From a bacterium (GTDB taxonomy: Bacteria; Patescibacteriota; Minisyncoccia; Phycocordibacterales; Phycocordibacteraceae): DNA of 28,126 nucleotides. Location of the stretch: positions 1-28,126 of the forward strand of contig JAZDHA010000024.1 in the NCBI GenBank assembly GCA_043806295.1. Direction: 5' to 3'. The position numbers were made by a program, and so were the translations under genes. The notes beneath the pieces were generated by a model that saw nothing but the letters and a program-made list of their open reading frames with translations, did not search any database and had not been told where the DNA came from. This document shows positions 1-9,229 of the stretch, piece after piece (within the stretch, counting starts at the first letter, position 1; each line of letters starts with the position of its first letter).

Positions 1-255
1 CGCGGCCGCGCTATGGGTCTAGCCGATTCACCGCTTGTTTTCGGGCTGGCGCTTCTAACAGGGGACTCTGCTTTTCCCGGATTCATTTTTTCATTCTGGA
101 TTGGTGCGGTTATCGGCATATTGCTGTTGGCGCGTAGGCCTCGAGGAACTAGAATGGGAGTTGAGGTACCGTTCGCGCCATTTCTCGCCGCCGGTTTCCT
201 CCTTGCTTACTTTACCCAATGGAATCCTTTCGCATTCATCGCGGCCTTTCTTTGA
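1..255 (+). CDS. pilD: Prepilin peptidase (A24 family), C-terminal part; 5' end lies outside the window
   Basis: Frame open from base 1 (RGRAMGLADSPL). MGLAD matches the second catalytic Asp motif (MGxGD). Hydrophobic helices and the terminal EVPFAPFL motif follow. Directly upstream of four pilin genes. Confidence 0.85.
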   Translation, partial: RGRAMGLADSPLVFGLALLTGDSAFPGFIFSFWIGAVIGILLLARRPRGTRMGVEVPFAPFLAAGFLLAYFTQWNPFAFIAAFL

Positions 256-887
256 GATCGCCTGTGGTGAGCCCGTCGAATCCATCGAAGGGCTTTTCTC
301 TGATTGAACTTTTGGTCGTTTTGGCGATTATTGGCGTCATTATGACAATCGTACTTTCCAGCCAGAGTTCATTCAACAAAACGCTTACTCTAACGAATAC
401 AGCGTATGATATCGCGCTTACACTGCGAAATGCCGAAAGTTATGGTCTTGGAAGTCGTGCGGCAGGTAGTGCGGTGAGTGGCTGTGCGGCGAACGCAGGA
501 TATGGCGTCCACTTCCAAACCGGGGGTTCTTTCATACTCTTTGCTGATACATCGCCAATTTCATCTTGTGCGACTCCAGACCTCAAGCCGGGTAATAATA
601 TCTACACCAGTGGTTCCGATTTCCTTGCACAAACCTACACGCTTGGAAACGGCATAACGATAAAAGATTTTTGTGTATTGTCGAATAGCGGTTGGTCATG
701 TGATTATGACTCGCTCGACATTGTGTTTTCGCGTCCAAATCCTGATGCTCACATAAGTGCAGACAATATTTACAATTCTTCTTATACGAAGGCCTGCATT
801 GCAATTACTTCACCGCAAGGCGGCGAAAAATATGTATCTGTTTCAGCATCGGGACAAATAATAGCAAATGCTACTTCATGCCCATGA
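252..887 (+). CDS. Type IV minor pilin (FimT/GspH-like); start uncertain (ORF open from 219; TTG at 252 overlaps the pilD stop)
   Basis: Class III signal KG|FSLIELLVVLAII with E5 and a hydrophobic N-terminal helix; several Cys in the C-terminal domain. Confidence 0.85.
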   Translation: MRSPVVSPSNPSKGFSLIELLVVLAIIGVIMTIVLSSQSSFNKTLTLTNTAYDIALTLRNAESYGLGSRAAGSAVSGCAANAGYGVHFQTGGSFILFADTSPISSCATPDLKPGNNIYTSGSDFLAQTYTLGNGITIKDFCVLSNSGWSCDYDSLDIVFSRPNPDAHISADNIYNSSYTKACIAITSPQGGEKYVSVSASGQIIANATSCP

Positions 888-1411
888 TCATGAAAATCCT
901 AAATCCTAAATCCGAAGTACGAAACAGAGGTTACACTCTGATAGAACTTATTGTCGCAATCGGACTTTTTGCGATTGTTATGACGCTCGTTTCAGGTGCG
1001 TATATTATTATGATTGGCATTACAAGACAGACGCAAGGTATGGCGACTGGCATTGATAATCTTTCTTTTGCTCTTGAGACAATGACACGCACGATTCGCA
1101 CAAGCACGAATTATTCTTGTAACAGAGGAAAAGATTGTTCGCGCGGCACAAGTTTTTCCGTGAAAAATACAAGCGGAAAAACGATAGAGTATTCGCTTTC
1201 AAATGGAGTCATTATGCAAGATAATGTTCCAATTACCGATCCATCGGTTACCATTTCTTCACTTTTATTTTATGCTTCTGGCACTACATCTGGTGATAAC
1301 AATCAGCCGCATGTAACAATCATTGTTTCCGGAACCGTCTCATACGGTCCGAACAAAACACAACCATTTACTGTCGAGACAGGTGCAACTATGCGCGGCA
1401 CTGACCTATGA
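884..1411 (+). CDS. Type IV minor pilin (PilW/GspJ-like)
   Basis: RG|YTLIELIVAIGLF motif; ATG at 884 overlaps the previous TGA (ATGA coupling). Confidence 0.85.
   Translation: MIMKILNPKSEVRNRGYTLIELIVAIGLFAIVMTLVSGAYIIMIGITRQTQGMATGIDNLSFALETMTRTIRTSTNYSCNRGKDCSRGTSFSVKNTSGKTIEYSLSNGVIMQDNVPITDPSVTISSLLFYASGTTSGDNNQPHVTIIVSGTVSYGPNKTQPFTVETGATMRGTDL
894..921 (+). repeat. Heptamer tandem array (AAATCCT x2, AAATCCG, AAGTACG) in a prepilin leader
   Basis: Read directly; 7-nt period. Confidence 0.75.
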
Positions 1412-2028
1412 AAAACCCAGAGATAAGATGTAAGATGCAAGGTTCAAGTCGGGCTTTTACGCTTATCGAAGCATTGGTTGCGGTTACCATTCTTACTGTC
1501 GCTATTGCCGGGCCGTTATTCAGTGCTGGTCGCGCCATCATCGCCGCAGGAGTCGCTCGTGATCAACTAACGGCTTCATACCTTGCACAGGAAGGCATCG
1601 AGTATATTCGTATGTTGCGCGACAACAATTATCTTTCTGCATATCAAGGAAATTCCTCTACTGCATCAAGTGTTGGGTGGACTAGTTTTCTCGCATCTGT
1701 TAATCAATGCAATGCAACGGCAAATCCGACAGTATCCTGTACTTTAGATCCAGTGAATAATGCTTTACCGCTTACGGTCTTTTCTGGTAATGCACCGTTG
1801 CATCTTACAAACTGTGTCAACGGTCCTAGTGGACTTTCTTGCACGCCGCCAAGTATTTATACACAGCAAAATATATCAGGAAGCATACAAACATCTTTCA
1901 CTCGTACATTACAAATAATTGATACATTGAGTACAAATGATAAAAAAATTGTCTCAAAGGTCTCGTGGAGTTTCCACGGGATTCCATATTCGGTAACTAT
2001 TACCGATCACCTAACACCATGGCAATGA
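1408..2028 (+). CDS. Type IV minor pilin (PilV-like)
   Basis: RA|FTLIEALVAVTIL, followed by the A..LAQEGIEYIR motif; ATGA overlap with the previous gene. Confidence 0.85.
   Translation: MKNPEIRCKMQGSSRAFTLIEALVAVTILTVAIAGPLFSAGRAIIAAGVARDQLTASYLAQEGIEYIRMLRDNNYLSAYQGNSSTASSVGWTSFLASVNQCNATANPTVSCTLDPVNNALPLTVFSGNAPLHLTNCVNGPSGLSCTPPSIYTQQNISGSIQTSFTRTLQIIDTLSTNDKKIVSKVSWSFHGIPYSVTITDHLTPWQ
1424..1451 (+). repeat. Heptamer tandem array (TAAGATG x2, CAAGGTT, CAAGTCG) in a prepilin leader
   Basis: Read directly; preceded by AACCCAGA, as is the array in the next pilin. Confidence 0.75.
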
Positions 2029-2567
2029 TTAACCCAGATGTAAGTTATAAGGTTCAAGGTGTAAGAAAAATTCACCTTGCACCTTGCACCTTGCACCTTA
2101 AACCTTCTCGTGGGTTTGCACTTCTCATTGCCGTTATTTTTATGTCGGTGATGCTGACATTAGGTCTAGCTCTCGGTTCAATCGGCTACAAACAGCAAAC
2201 ATTAGCTTCTTCTGCCATTGCATCGCAGTATGCATTTTATGCGGCGGATGCCGCAATGGAGTGCGCACTTTTTGCTGATCAACAACAGAATCTTTTTACT
2301 TATCAACCTAGTCCAGCGGCAGCACCATTGCTCTCCTGTGGCGATGCTACTATCGCGACTGGATATCCGATCATGTCGCGCTCCCCAAGTCAGTGGATTA
2401 TTACCACGCGTCTATCGTACAATGTAGATAACCACTGTGCAGATGTTACGGTTTATAAGCCGGTCGCTGGAACAACATACATCTTCTCTCAGGGCTATGA
2501 TGTCGCATGTAGTTCTATCGGTACAAATACCCGATATGCGTCGCGTGGCATAAGCAGTCACTATTGA
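2025..2567 (+). CDS. Type IV minor pilin (PilX/GspK-like, no E5)
   Basis: RG|FALLIAVIF without E5, plus the AFYAADAAMECA motif typical of PilX N-termini. ATG at 2025 overlaps the TGA at 2026-2028. Confidence 0.8.
   Translation: MINPDVSYKVQGVRKIHLAPCTLHLKPSRGFALLIAVIFMSVMLTLGLALGSIGYKQQTLASSAIASQYAFYAADAAMECALFADQQQNLFTYQPSPAAAPLLSCGDATIATGYPIMSRSPSQWIITTRLSYNVDNHCADVTVYKPVAGTTYIFSQGYDVACSSIGTNTRYASRGISSHY
2041..2107. repeat. Inverted pair of heptamer arrays (TAAGTTA TAAGGTT CAAGGTG ... CACCTTG x3 CACCTTA AACCTTC) in a prepilin leader
   Basis: CACCTTG is the reverse complement of CAAGGTG; 2048-2061 pairs with 2087-2100 at 13/14 positions. Confidence 0.85.
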
Positions 2568-4634
<2,067 letters not shown>

Positions 4635-4646
4635 TAAAGTAAAGCA

Positions 4647-4970
4647 ATGGCAACGACTGAAGAAGTGAAGAAGCTCGCGGGACTTGCGAGAATACGCGTT
4701 GAAGATGCGGAATTGGAGAAATTCACGAATGAATTTGACGCGATACTCGCATATGTCGAGACCATTTCTATGGTCGAGATGCCGCAAAACAAAGCGTTGC
4801 AGCGCGGACAAATAGGTGAAGAAAAACCATTTCTGCGCAATGTTATGAGAGAAGATAGTGAACCGCATACCGGAGGTGAATACACTGAAAAAATCGTAGA
4901 GCAATTTCCAGAAAGCAAAAATAATGCGCTTGTTGTAAAACAGATTATTTCGCATGAAAAAGCCGAATGA
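4647..4970 (+). CDS. gatC: Asp-tRNA(Asn)/Glu-tRNA(Gln) amidotransferase subunit C
   Basis: VKKLAGLARI, ILAYV, LRNVMRED motifs; directly before gatA. Confidence 0.92.
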   Translation: MATTEEVKKLAGLARIRVEDAELEKFTNEFDAILAYVETISMVEMPQNKALQRGQIGEEKPFLRNVMREDSEPHTGGEYTEKIVEQFPESKNNALVVKQIISHEKAE

Positions 4971-6423
4971 AATGACGATTGTAGAAGCCGCTAGCGCGCT
5001 CCGCCTGCCGGCCGGCAGGCAGGCGCGCATCACGGTTCGTGAGCTATGGGACGCATGCGCCACAATGGCACACTCTAAGAATCCAGAATTGAATGCATAT
5101 TTGGAAATTTTTTCCGCCGAAGGCGGATCCGCCTTCGGCGGAGATGCGAATGACGCAATTGAATCAGCACAAAAAAGAATTGATGAAGGCGATTCTTCAT
5201 TGCTTTGCGGAATCCCGCTAGCAATAAAAGATAATATTTTGATAGAAGGGAAAATCGCAAGCGCGGCATCAAAGATGCTTGAGAATTATCGCGCAACATA
5301 TGACGCAACCGTTATACAAAAGTTAAAAAGTGCTGGGGCACTTTTCTTAGGCCGTACAAATATGGACGAGTTTGCATTGGGCGGTTCTACAGAAAATTCC
5401 GCATTTGGCGTCACAAAGAATCCGCATGATCCCACACGCGTTTCTGGCGGAACATCAGGCGGTTCCGCTGCTGTTGTTGCCGCTAATATGGCGATTGCCG
5501 CTCTTGGTACTGATACCGGCGGTTCTGTTCGTAATCCCGCAAGCTTTTGTGGTGTAGTTGGCTTGAAACCTACATACGGAGCCGTGTCTCGTTCAGGTAT
5601 TATCGCCGCTGTATCGTCATTTGATCAGGTTGGTCCGATTACTAAAACAGTTGAGGATGCTCAAATTCTTTTTAATGCCGTTCGTGGTCAAGATGCAAAA
5701 GACGCCACTTCTATTCCTGACAATTTATATAAACAAGAAAAAAAGGAACCACAAACAATCGGTGTTCCGATAGATTTATTCGCGGATGCACTTGATAGAG
5801 ATGTGCTTGAGTGCTTTCAATCAACACTTAAAAAATGCGGACTCAAAGTAAAGGAAATTAAAATTCCTTCGGCAAAGCCGGCGCTTGCGGCGTATTACAT
5901 CATTAACTTCGCCGAGGTATCAACTAATCTCGCGCGTTTTGATGGTATGCGTTACGGTCTCGCTCGTCGTATTCCATCTGGCGAACTTCTTGACGATTAT
6001 ATTAATTCACGCACTGAAGGATTTGGTGAAGAAACGCGTCGCCGTATTTTACTTGGAACCTTCGTTCTTTCATCTGGTTATATTGATGCGTATTATCGAA
6101 AAGCGGTCGCCGCTCGCACGCAACTTATAAAAGAATTCAATGAAGCATTTCGAGAAGTTGATATTATTGCGACGCCGACTATGCCGACACCGGCTTTCAA
6201 AATCGGTGAAAAAAGCGACCCGCTCTCGCTTTATCTTGAAGATGCATTTACGGTTCTCGCTAATCTCACTGGTATGCCTGCAATTTCTGTACCGATGGGT
6301 ACTGTGGAGCGCGAAGGGAATCCGCCAGCTGGCGGACTCCCAATCGGCATTCACTTTACCGCACCGCATCAAGCAGAGAATACACTATTCACACTCGGAT
6401 CTGCTGTAGAAAGTGTACAATAA
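4954..6423 (+). CDS. gatA: Asp-tRNA(Asn)/Glu-tRNA(Gln) amidotransferase subunit A
   Basis: Amidase signature with the K-S-S triad (IAIKDNI; GGTSGGS; DTGGSVR); NLARFDGMRYG; RRRILLGTFVLS. Confidence 0.97.
   Translation: MKKPNEMTIVEAASALRLPAGRQARITVRELWDACATMAHSKNPELNAYLEIFSAEGGSAFGGDANDAIESAQKRIDEGDSSLLCGIPLAIKDNILIEGKIASAASKMLENYRATYDATVIQKLKSAGALFLGRTNMDEFALGGSTENSAFGVTKNPHDPTRVSGGTSGGSAAVVAANMAIAALGTDTGGSVRNPASFCGVVGLKPTYGAVSRSGIIAAVSSFDQVGPITKTVEDAQILFNAVRGQDAKDATSIPDNLYKQEKKEPQTIGVPIDLFADALDRDVLECFQSTLKKCGLKVKEIKIPSAKPALAAYYIINFAEVSTNLARFDGMRYGLARRIPSGELLDDYINSRTEGFGEETRRRILLGTFVLSSGYIDAYYRKAVAARTQLIKEFNEAFREVDIIATPTMPTPAFKIGEKSDPLSLYLEDAFTVLANLTGMPAISVPMGTVEREGNPPAGGLPIGIHFTAPHQAENTLFTLGSAVESVQ
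5003..5024. repeat. In-frame palindromic element, family B (PAGRQ) in gatA
   Basis: GCCTGCCGGCCGGCAGGC (5003-5020) is a perfect 18-bp palindrome, followed by AGGC; encodes LPAGRQA. Confidence 0.85.
5113..5142. repeat. In-frame palindromic element, family C (30-bp perfect palindrome of two 15-mers) in gatA
   Basis: TCCGCC-GAA-GGCGGA followed by TCCGCC-TTC-GGCGGA; encodes SAEGGSAFGG. Confidence 0.92.
6321..6336. repeat. In-frame palindromic element, family C (16-bp perfect palindrome) in gatA
   Basis: TCCGCCAGCTGGCGGA; encodes PPAGG. Confidence 0.8.
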
Positions 6424-6429
6424 CCGTAT

Positions 6430-7008
6430 ATGCTCGCAGTTCAGGCAAATGTTGAATATTGGTTTCGTCTTCTATACGAATGTATGCGTGGTGCATGTTA
6501 TGGATCACCTGGATTTTCAGAACTTTCATCGTGGTTCGCACATCTATGGTTATGGATTGTCGTTATTGGTTATATTCTTTCAATATTGGGACTTTTAGTT
6601 ATCGTCTATGCGACAATGCGTATTTTTGAATTGCGCAAGCGCGAAAAGGAATACTACTCCACGGTCATTCCGCCTCCAGGTGCAGATGACAACATAAATT
6701 CGCGTTGGAAGAATATCGAGACTCTTTCGAGTGGCACGAGTGCTAGCGAATGGCGCGAAGCAATTATTGAGGCCGACATTATGCTAGATGATTTGCTTGC
6801 CAGACATGGATATGTCGGAGATGGAGTTGGAGAAAAATTAAAGAGTGTTGAGCCAAATGACTTCAGTACATTGCAGGATGCATGGGAAGCGCACAAAGTG
6901 CGCAATCAAATTGCTCACGAGGGCTCAACATTCAATCTTTCCGAATCAATCGCACACCGCACCATCGCGCGATACGAATCCGTTTTTCGCGAGTTTAAGG
7001 AAATTTAA
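6430..7008 (+). CDS. Single-pass membrane protein with a C-terminal HEPN-like helical domain
   Basis: Hydrophobic segment WLWIVVIGYILSILGLLVIVY; cytoplasmic domain with AIIEADIMLD and RNQIAH (R-X4-H) at 6901-6918. Confidence 0.7.
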   Translation: MLAVQANVEYWFRLLYECMRGACYGSPGFSELSSWFAHLWLWIVVIGYILSILGLLVIVYATMRIFELRKREKEYYSTVIPPPGADDNINSRWKNIETLSSGTSASEWREAIIEADIMLDDLLARHGYVGDGVGEKLKSVEPNDFSTLQDAWEAHKVRNQIAHEGSTFNLSESIAHRTIARYESVFREFKEI

Positions 7009-7070
7009 GTTGCGCAACTTATTTGAGCGAGTATAGTATTTATCATATTGACTTCAAGTAAGATTAATAT

Positions 7071-7141
7071 CGCGGGGTAGAGGAGAGGTACCTCGTGGGG
7101 CCCATAACCCCAAGACGTCGGTTCGATTCCGACCCCCGCAA
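7071..7141 (+). tRNA. Initiator tRNA-Met (CAU)
   Basis: Full cloverleaf; C1:A72 mismatch, A11:U24, G-C run in the anticodon stem, CAT at 7103-7105, T-loop TTCGATT; CCA not encoded. Confidence 0.95.
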
Positions 7142-7146
7142 CTAGC

Positions 7147-7686
7147 ATGATTACAGATCAGCTCGACACAGCACTTTTTTACTCAATACATTCGCTTGCT
7201 GGACATTGGGCGGCTGTAGATTTTCTTATCGTTTTCTTCGGTGAATATTTTATCTACATCGTATTGGTGATTTTTATAATTGTTGCAATTCGCGCATACC
7301 AGAAAGAAAAACGAATTACAGAAATAACACCATATCTTGTGGCACTCATTGTCGCTGGTATCGCTAGATATACAATCACTCCAGCGATTCGTTTTTACTA
7401 CCATCACTTACGACCGTTTGTTGCGCTCTCGACCACGCATCTTATTACGGACACATCTTATTCTTTTCCTTCTGGACATACTATTGTTTTTTTCTCTCTT
7501 GCGACGGCAACATATTTCTTCAATAAAAAATTTGCGTATTTTCTTTATGTTTCAGGACTCATTGTAGGAATCGCACGAATTGTAGGTGGTGTGCATTATC
7601 CTTCGGATATTATCGGTGGAATTATACTTGGAATCGCAACGGGCGGGATTTTGTATTGGTTGTATACTAAGTGTCTATGCTCATAA
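7147..7686 (+). CDS. PAP2-family membrane phosphatase (BcrC-like)
   Basis: Three PAP2 motifs: R-x6-RP, SFPSGH and RIVGGVHYPSDI; several TM helices. Confidence 0.92.
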   Translation: MITDQLDTALFYSIHSLAGHWAAVDFLIVFFGEYFIYIVLVIFIIVAIRAYQKEKRITEITPYLVALIVAGIARYTITPAIRFYYHHLRPFVALSTTHLITDTSYSFPSGHTIVFFSLATATYFFNKKFAYFLYVSGLIVGIARIVGGVHYPSDIIGGIILGIATGGILYWLYTKCLCS

Positions 7687-8051
7687 ATGTCTGTATTGCA
7701 AAACTGCACCGCGCGACGGTTACTGACGCCGATCTTAATTATGTCGGTTCTATCACAATAGATGAGGCATTACTTGAAGCGGCTGGGCTTGTGCCGGGGC
7801 AGATGGTACAGATTACAAATCTTTCTAATGCCACGCTTTGGCGTACTTACATTATGAAAGGCGAAAAAGGTAAGGGGGAGATCATTCTAAATGGACCTCC
7901 AGCGCGGCTCTTTCAAAAGGGAGATAAAGTCGTGATCTTAGGCGAAGCGTGGATTGACGCGGCGGACGCAGCGAAAATGAGTCCGACTGTTGTCTTTATG
8001 GATGACAAAAATAACATTACTGAAGTAAAAAAGGGCTGGCATCCAAGTTAG
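7677..8051 (+). CDS. panD: PanD-family pyruvoyl-dependent decarboxylase with an altered substrate pocket
   Basis: From ATG 7677 it is collinear with E. coli PanD numbering: K9, H11, G24|S25, T57, Y58 and N72 are kept; R54 is L. Confidence 0.88.
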   Translation: MLINVCIAKLHRATVTDADLNYVGSITIDEALLEAAGLVPGQMVQITNLSNATLWRTYIMKGEKGKGEIILNGPPARLFQKGDKVVILGEAWIDAADAAKMSPTVVFMDDKNNITEVKKGWHPS

Positions 8052-8072
8052 GACACCCAGTGTCCTAACTTG
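8044..8072. repeat. Palindromic element, family A variant, overlapping the panD stop
   Basis: CAAGTTAGGACAC-CCA-GTGTCCTAACTTG, a 13-bp perfect stem; arm AAGTTAGGACA is identical to an arm of the recG element. Confidence 0.88.
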
Positions 8073-8160
8073 AGTTGCAAAAGCGATATTTGAGCGTACG
8101 CTTCTATCCAGAAGCTTTTGGTCTTTAGAGAAATCCACGAAAGTGGAAAGGGGGCATTAT

Positions 8161-9162
8161 ATGTATATGTATATAAGAGATTATCAACACCCGCTTCTTC
8201 GCGCTGCCGATCCGAGACGGAATCGGTTAGTTACATTGTTCCGCCTTGAACCTCCACTGAATCCATTTATGGACGATCATGTGGTCATCGATGCAGCGGT
8301 CGCGTATGGCGACTTGGCGAATGTAAAGATGATTCCGGCATTTTATATGCTTGCGGAATCAAAAAAGAAGGGACTGCTCGACGGAATACACACCATCGCT
8401 GAACCGACTTCCGGGAATTTTGGGAGCAGTATTGGATTGCTCGCTCCCGCTTTCGGCATACCGAATGTTGTCTTGTATATAAAAAAGGATTCGCCACCAG
8501 GGAAGACGCATGTGCTCGAGGCATTACCCTCGACAACGGTGATTAAGTATCCGCCGGGAGCAGGCAGACCAACCGGGCTCGAACTTGCAAAGGAATTTGC
8601 AAAACAGCCGGGAGTTATTTGCCTTAATCAGTATGGAAACCGGTTGAATCTCGAGTCACACTTTATGTATACAGGGCCGGCAATTTGGAGAGCGACACAC
8701 CAAAGCGTAACGGTTCTTGTTGGTGCGACGGGAAGCGGAGGAACACTCGGTGGTGCTGGCTTGTATTTAAAAAGCCGGAACAAAAAAATTGTCACTGTTC
8801 GAGCCGTAGCCGCTCCTGGCGAAGAAATTCCTGCAGGACGCACACTCAAGCAGATGGAAGAGATCGTTACCATCCCGTATCCGGAAAATACCTTCGACTT
8901 CACTCTTGACTGCGACAAAAAATCGGCGTATCTGAATGCTCTCGCGCTCGGAGAGCAAATACACAGCAAGCCCGGACCCACATCCGGTGAGACGCACAAA
9001 GTGACGATTAAGTGGATTGACGGAATGAAAAGAGTTGGGAATCTGGATCGTTATCGCAATAGTTCCGGAAATGTGCATGTTGTAGAGATCTTTGCAGATG
9101 CCATTGATCTCTATGCAGAACGAATTACTGGCGGTACGAATTACACGGAGGATGTACATTAA
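8161..9162 (+). CDS. Divergent cysteine synthase/CBS-family (fold type II) PLP enzyme; ORF open from GTG 8143
   Basis: PLP Lys in NVKMIP (8326-8328), EPTSGNF, NQY..N..SH..TGPAIW and GATGSGGT phosphate loop; AAGGGGG 6 nt before ATG 8161. Confidence 0.85.
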   Translation: MYMYIRDYQHPLLRAADPRRNRLVTLFRLEPPLNPFMDDHVVIDAAVAYGDLANVKMIPAFYMLAESKKKGLLDGIHTIAEPTSGNFGSSIGLLAPAFGIPNVVLYIKKDSPPGKTHVLEALPSTTVIKYPPGAGRPTGLELAKEFAKQPGVICLNQYGNRLNLESHFMYTGPAIWRATHQSVTVLVGATGSGGTLGGAGLYLKSRNKKIVTVRAVAAPGEEIPAGRTLKQMEEIVTIPYPENTFDFTLDCDKKSAYLNALALGEQIHSKPGPTSGETHKVTIKWIDGMKRVGNLDRYRNSSGNVHVVEIFADAIDLYAERITGGTNYTEDVH

Positions 9163-9201
9163 GCAAACCCCCAGCCGCGTAGCGGTTGGGGGTTAAGTTT
9201 T

Positions 9202-9229
9202 ACCACGAGGCGACGCCTCGTGGTTTTTT
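9202..9229 (+). terminator. Intrinsic terminator after the CysK-like gene
   Basis: ACCACGAGGC-GAC-GCCTCGTGGT (10-bp stem) followed by a T run; a second 13-bp hairpin lies just upstream at 9166-9194. Confidence 0.75.

Noticed and set aside
219-251. ATG 219 as the start of the first pilin
   Set aside because: It would overlap pilD by 37 nt. The TTG at 252, coupled to the pilD stop, or the GTGs at 264/267 fit the operon pattern better.
4647-6423. Absence of gatB next to gatC-gatA
   Set aside because: Split gat operons are common and gatB may lie elsewhere; this cannot be judged from one window.
8555-8575. CCGCCGGGAGCAGGCAGACC in the CysK-like gene as a decayed family B element
   Set aside because: It is not palindromic and the similarity is short enough to be chance.
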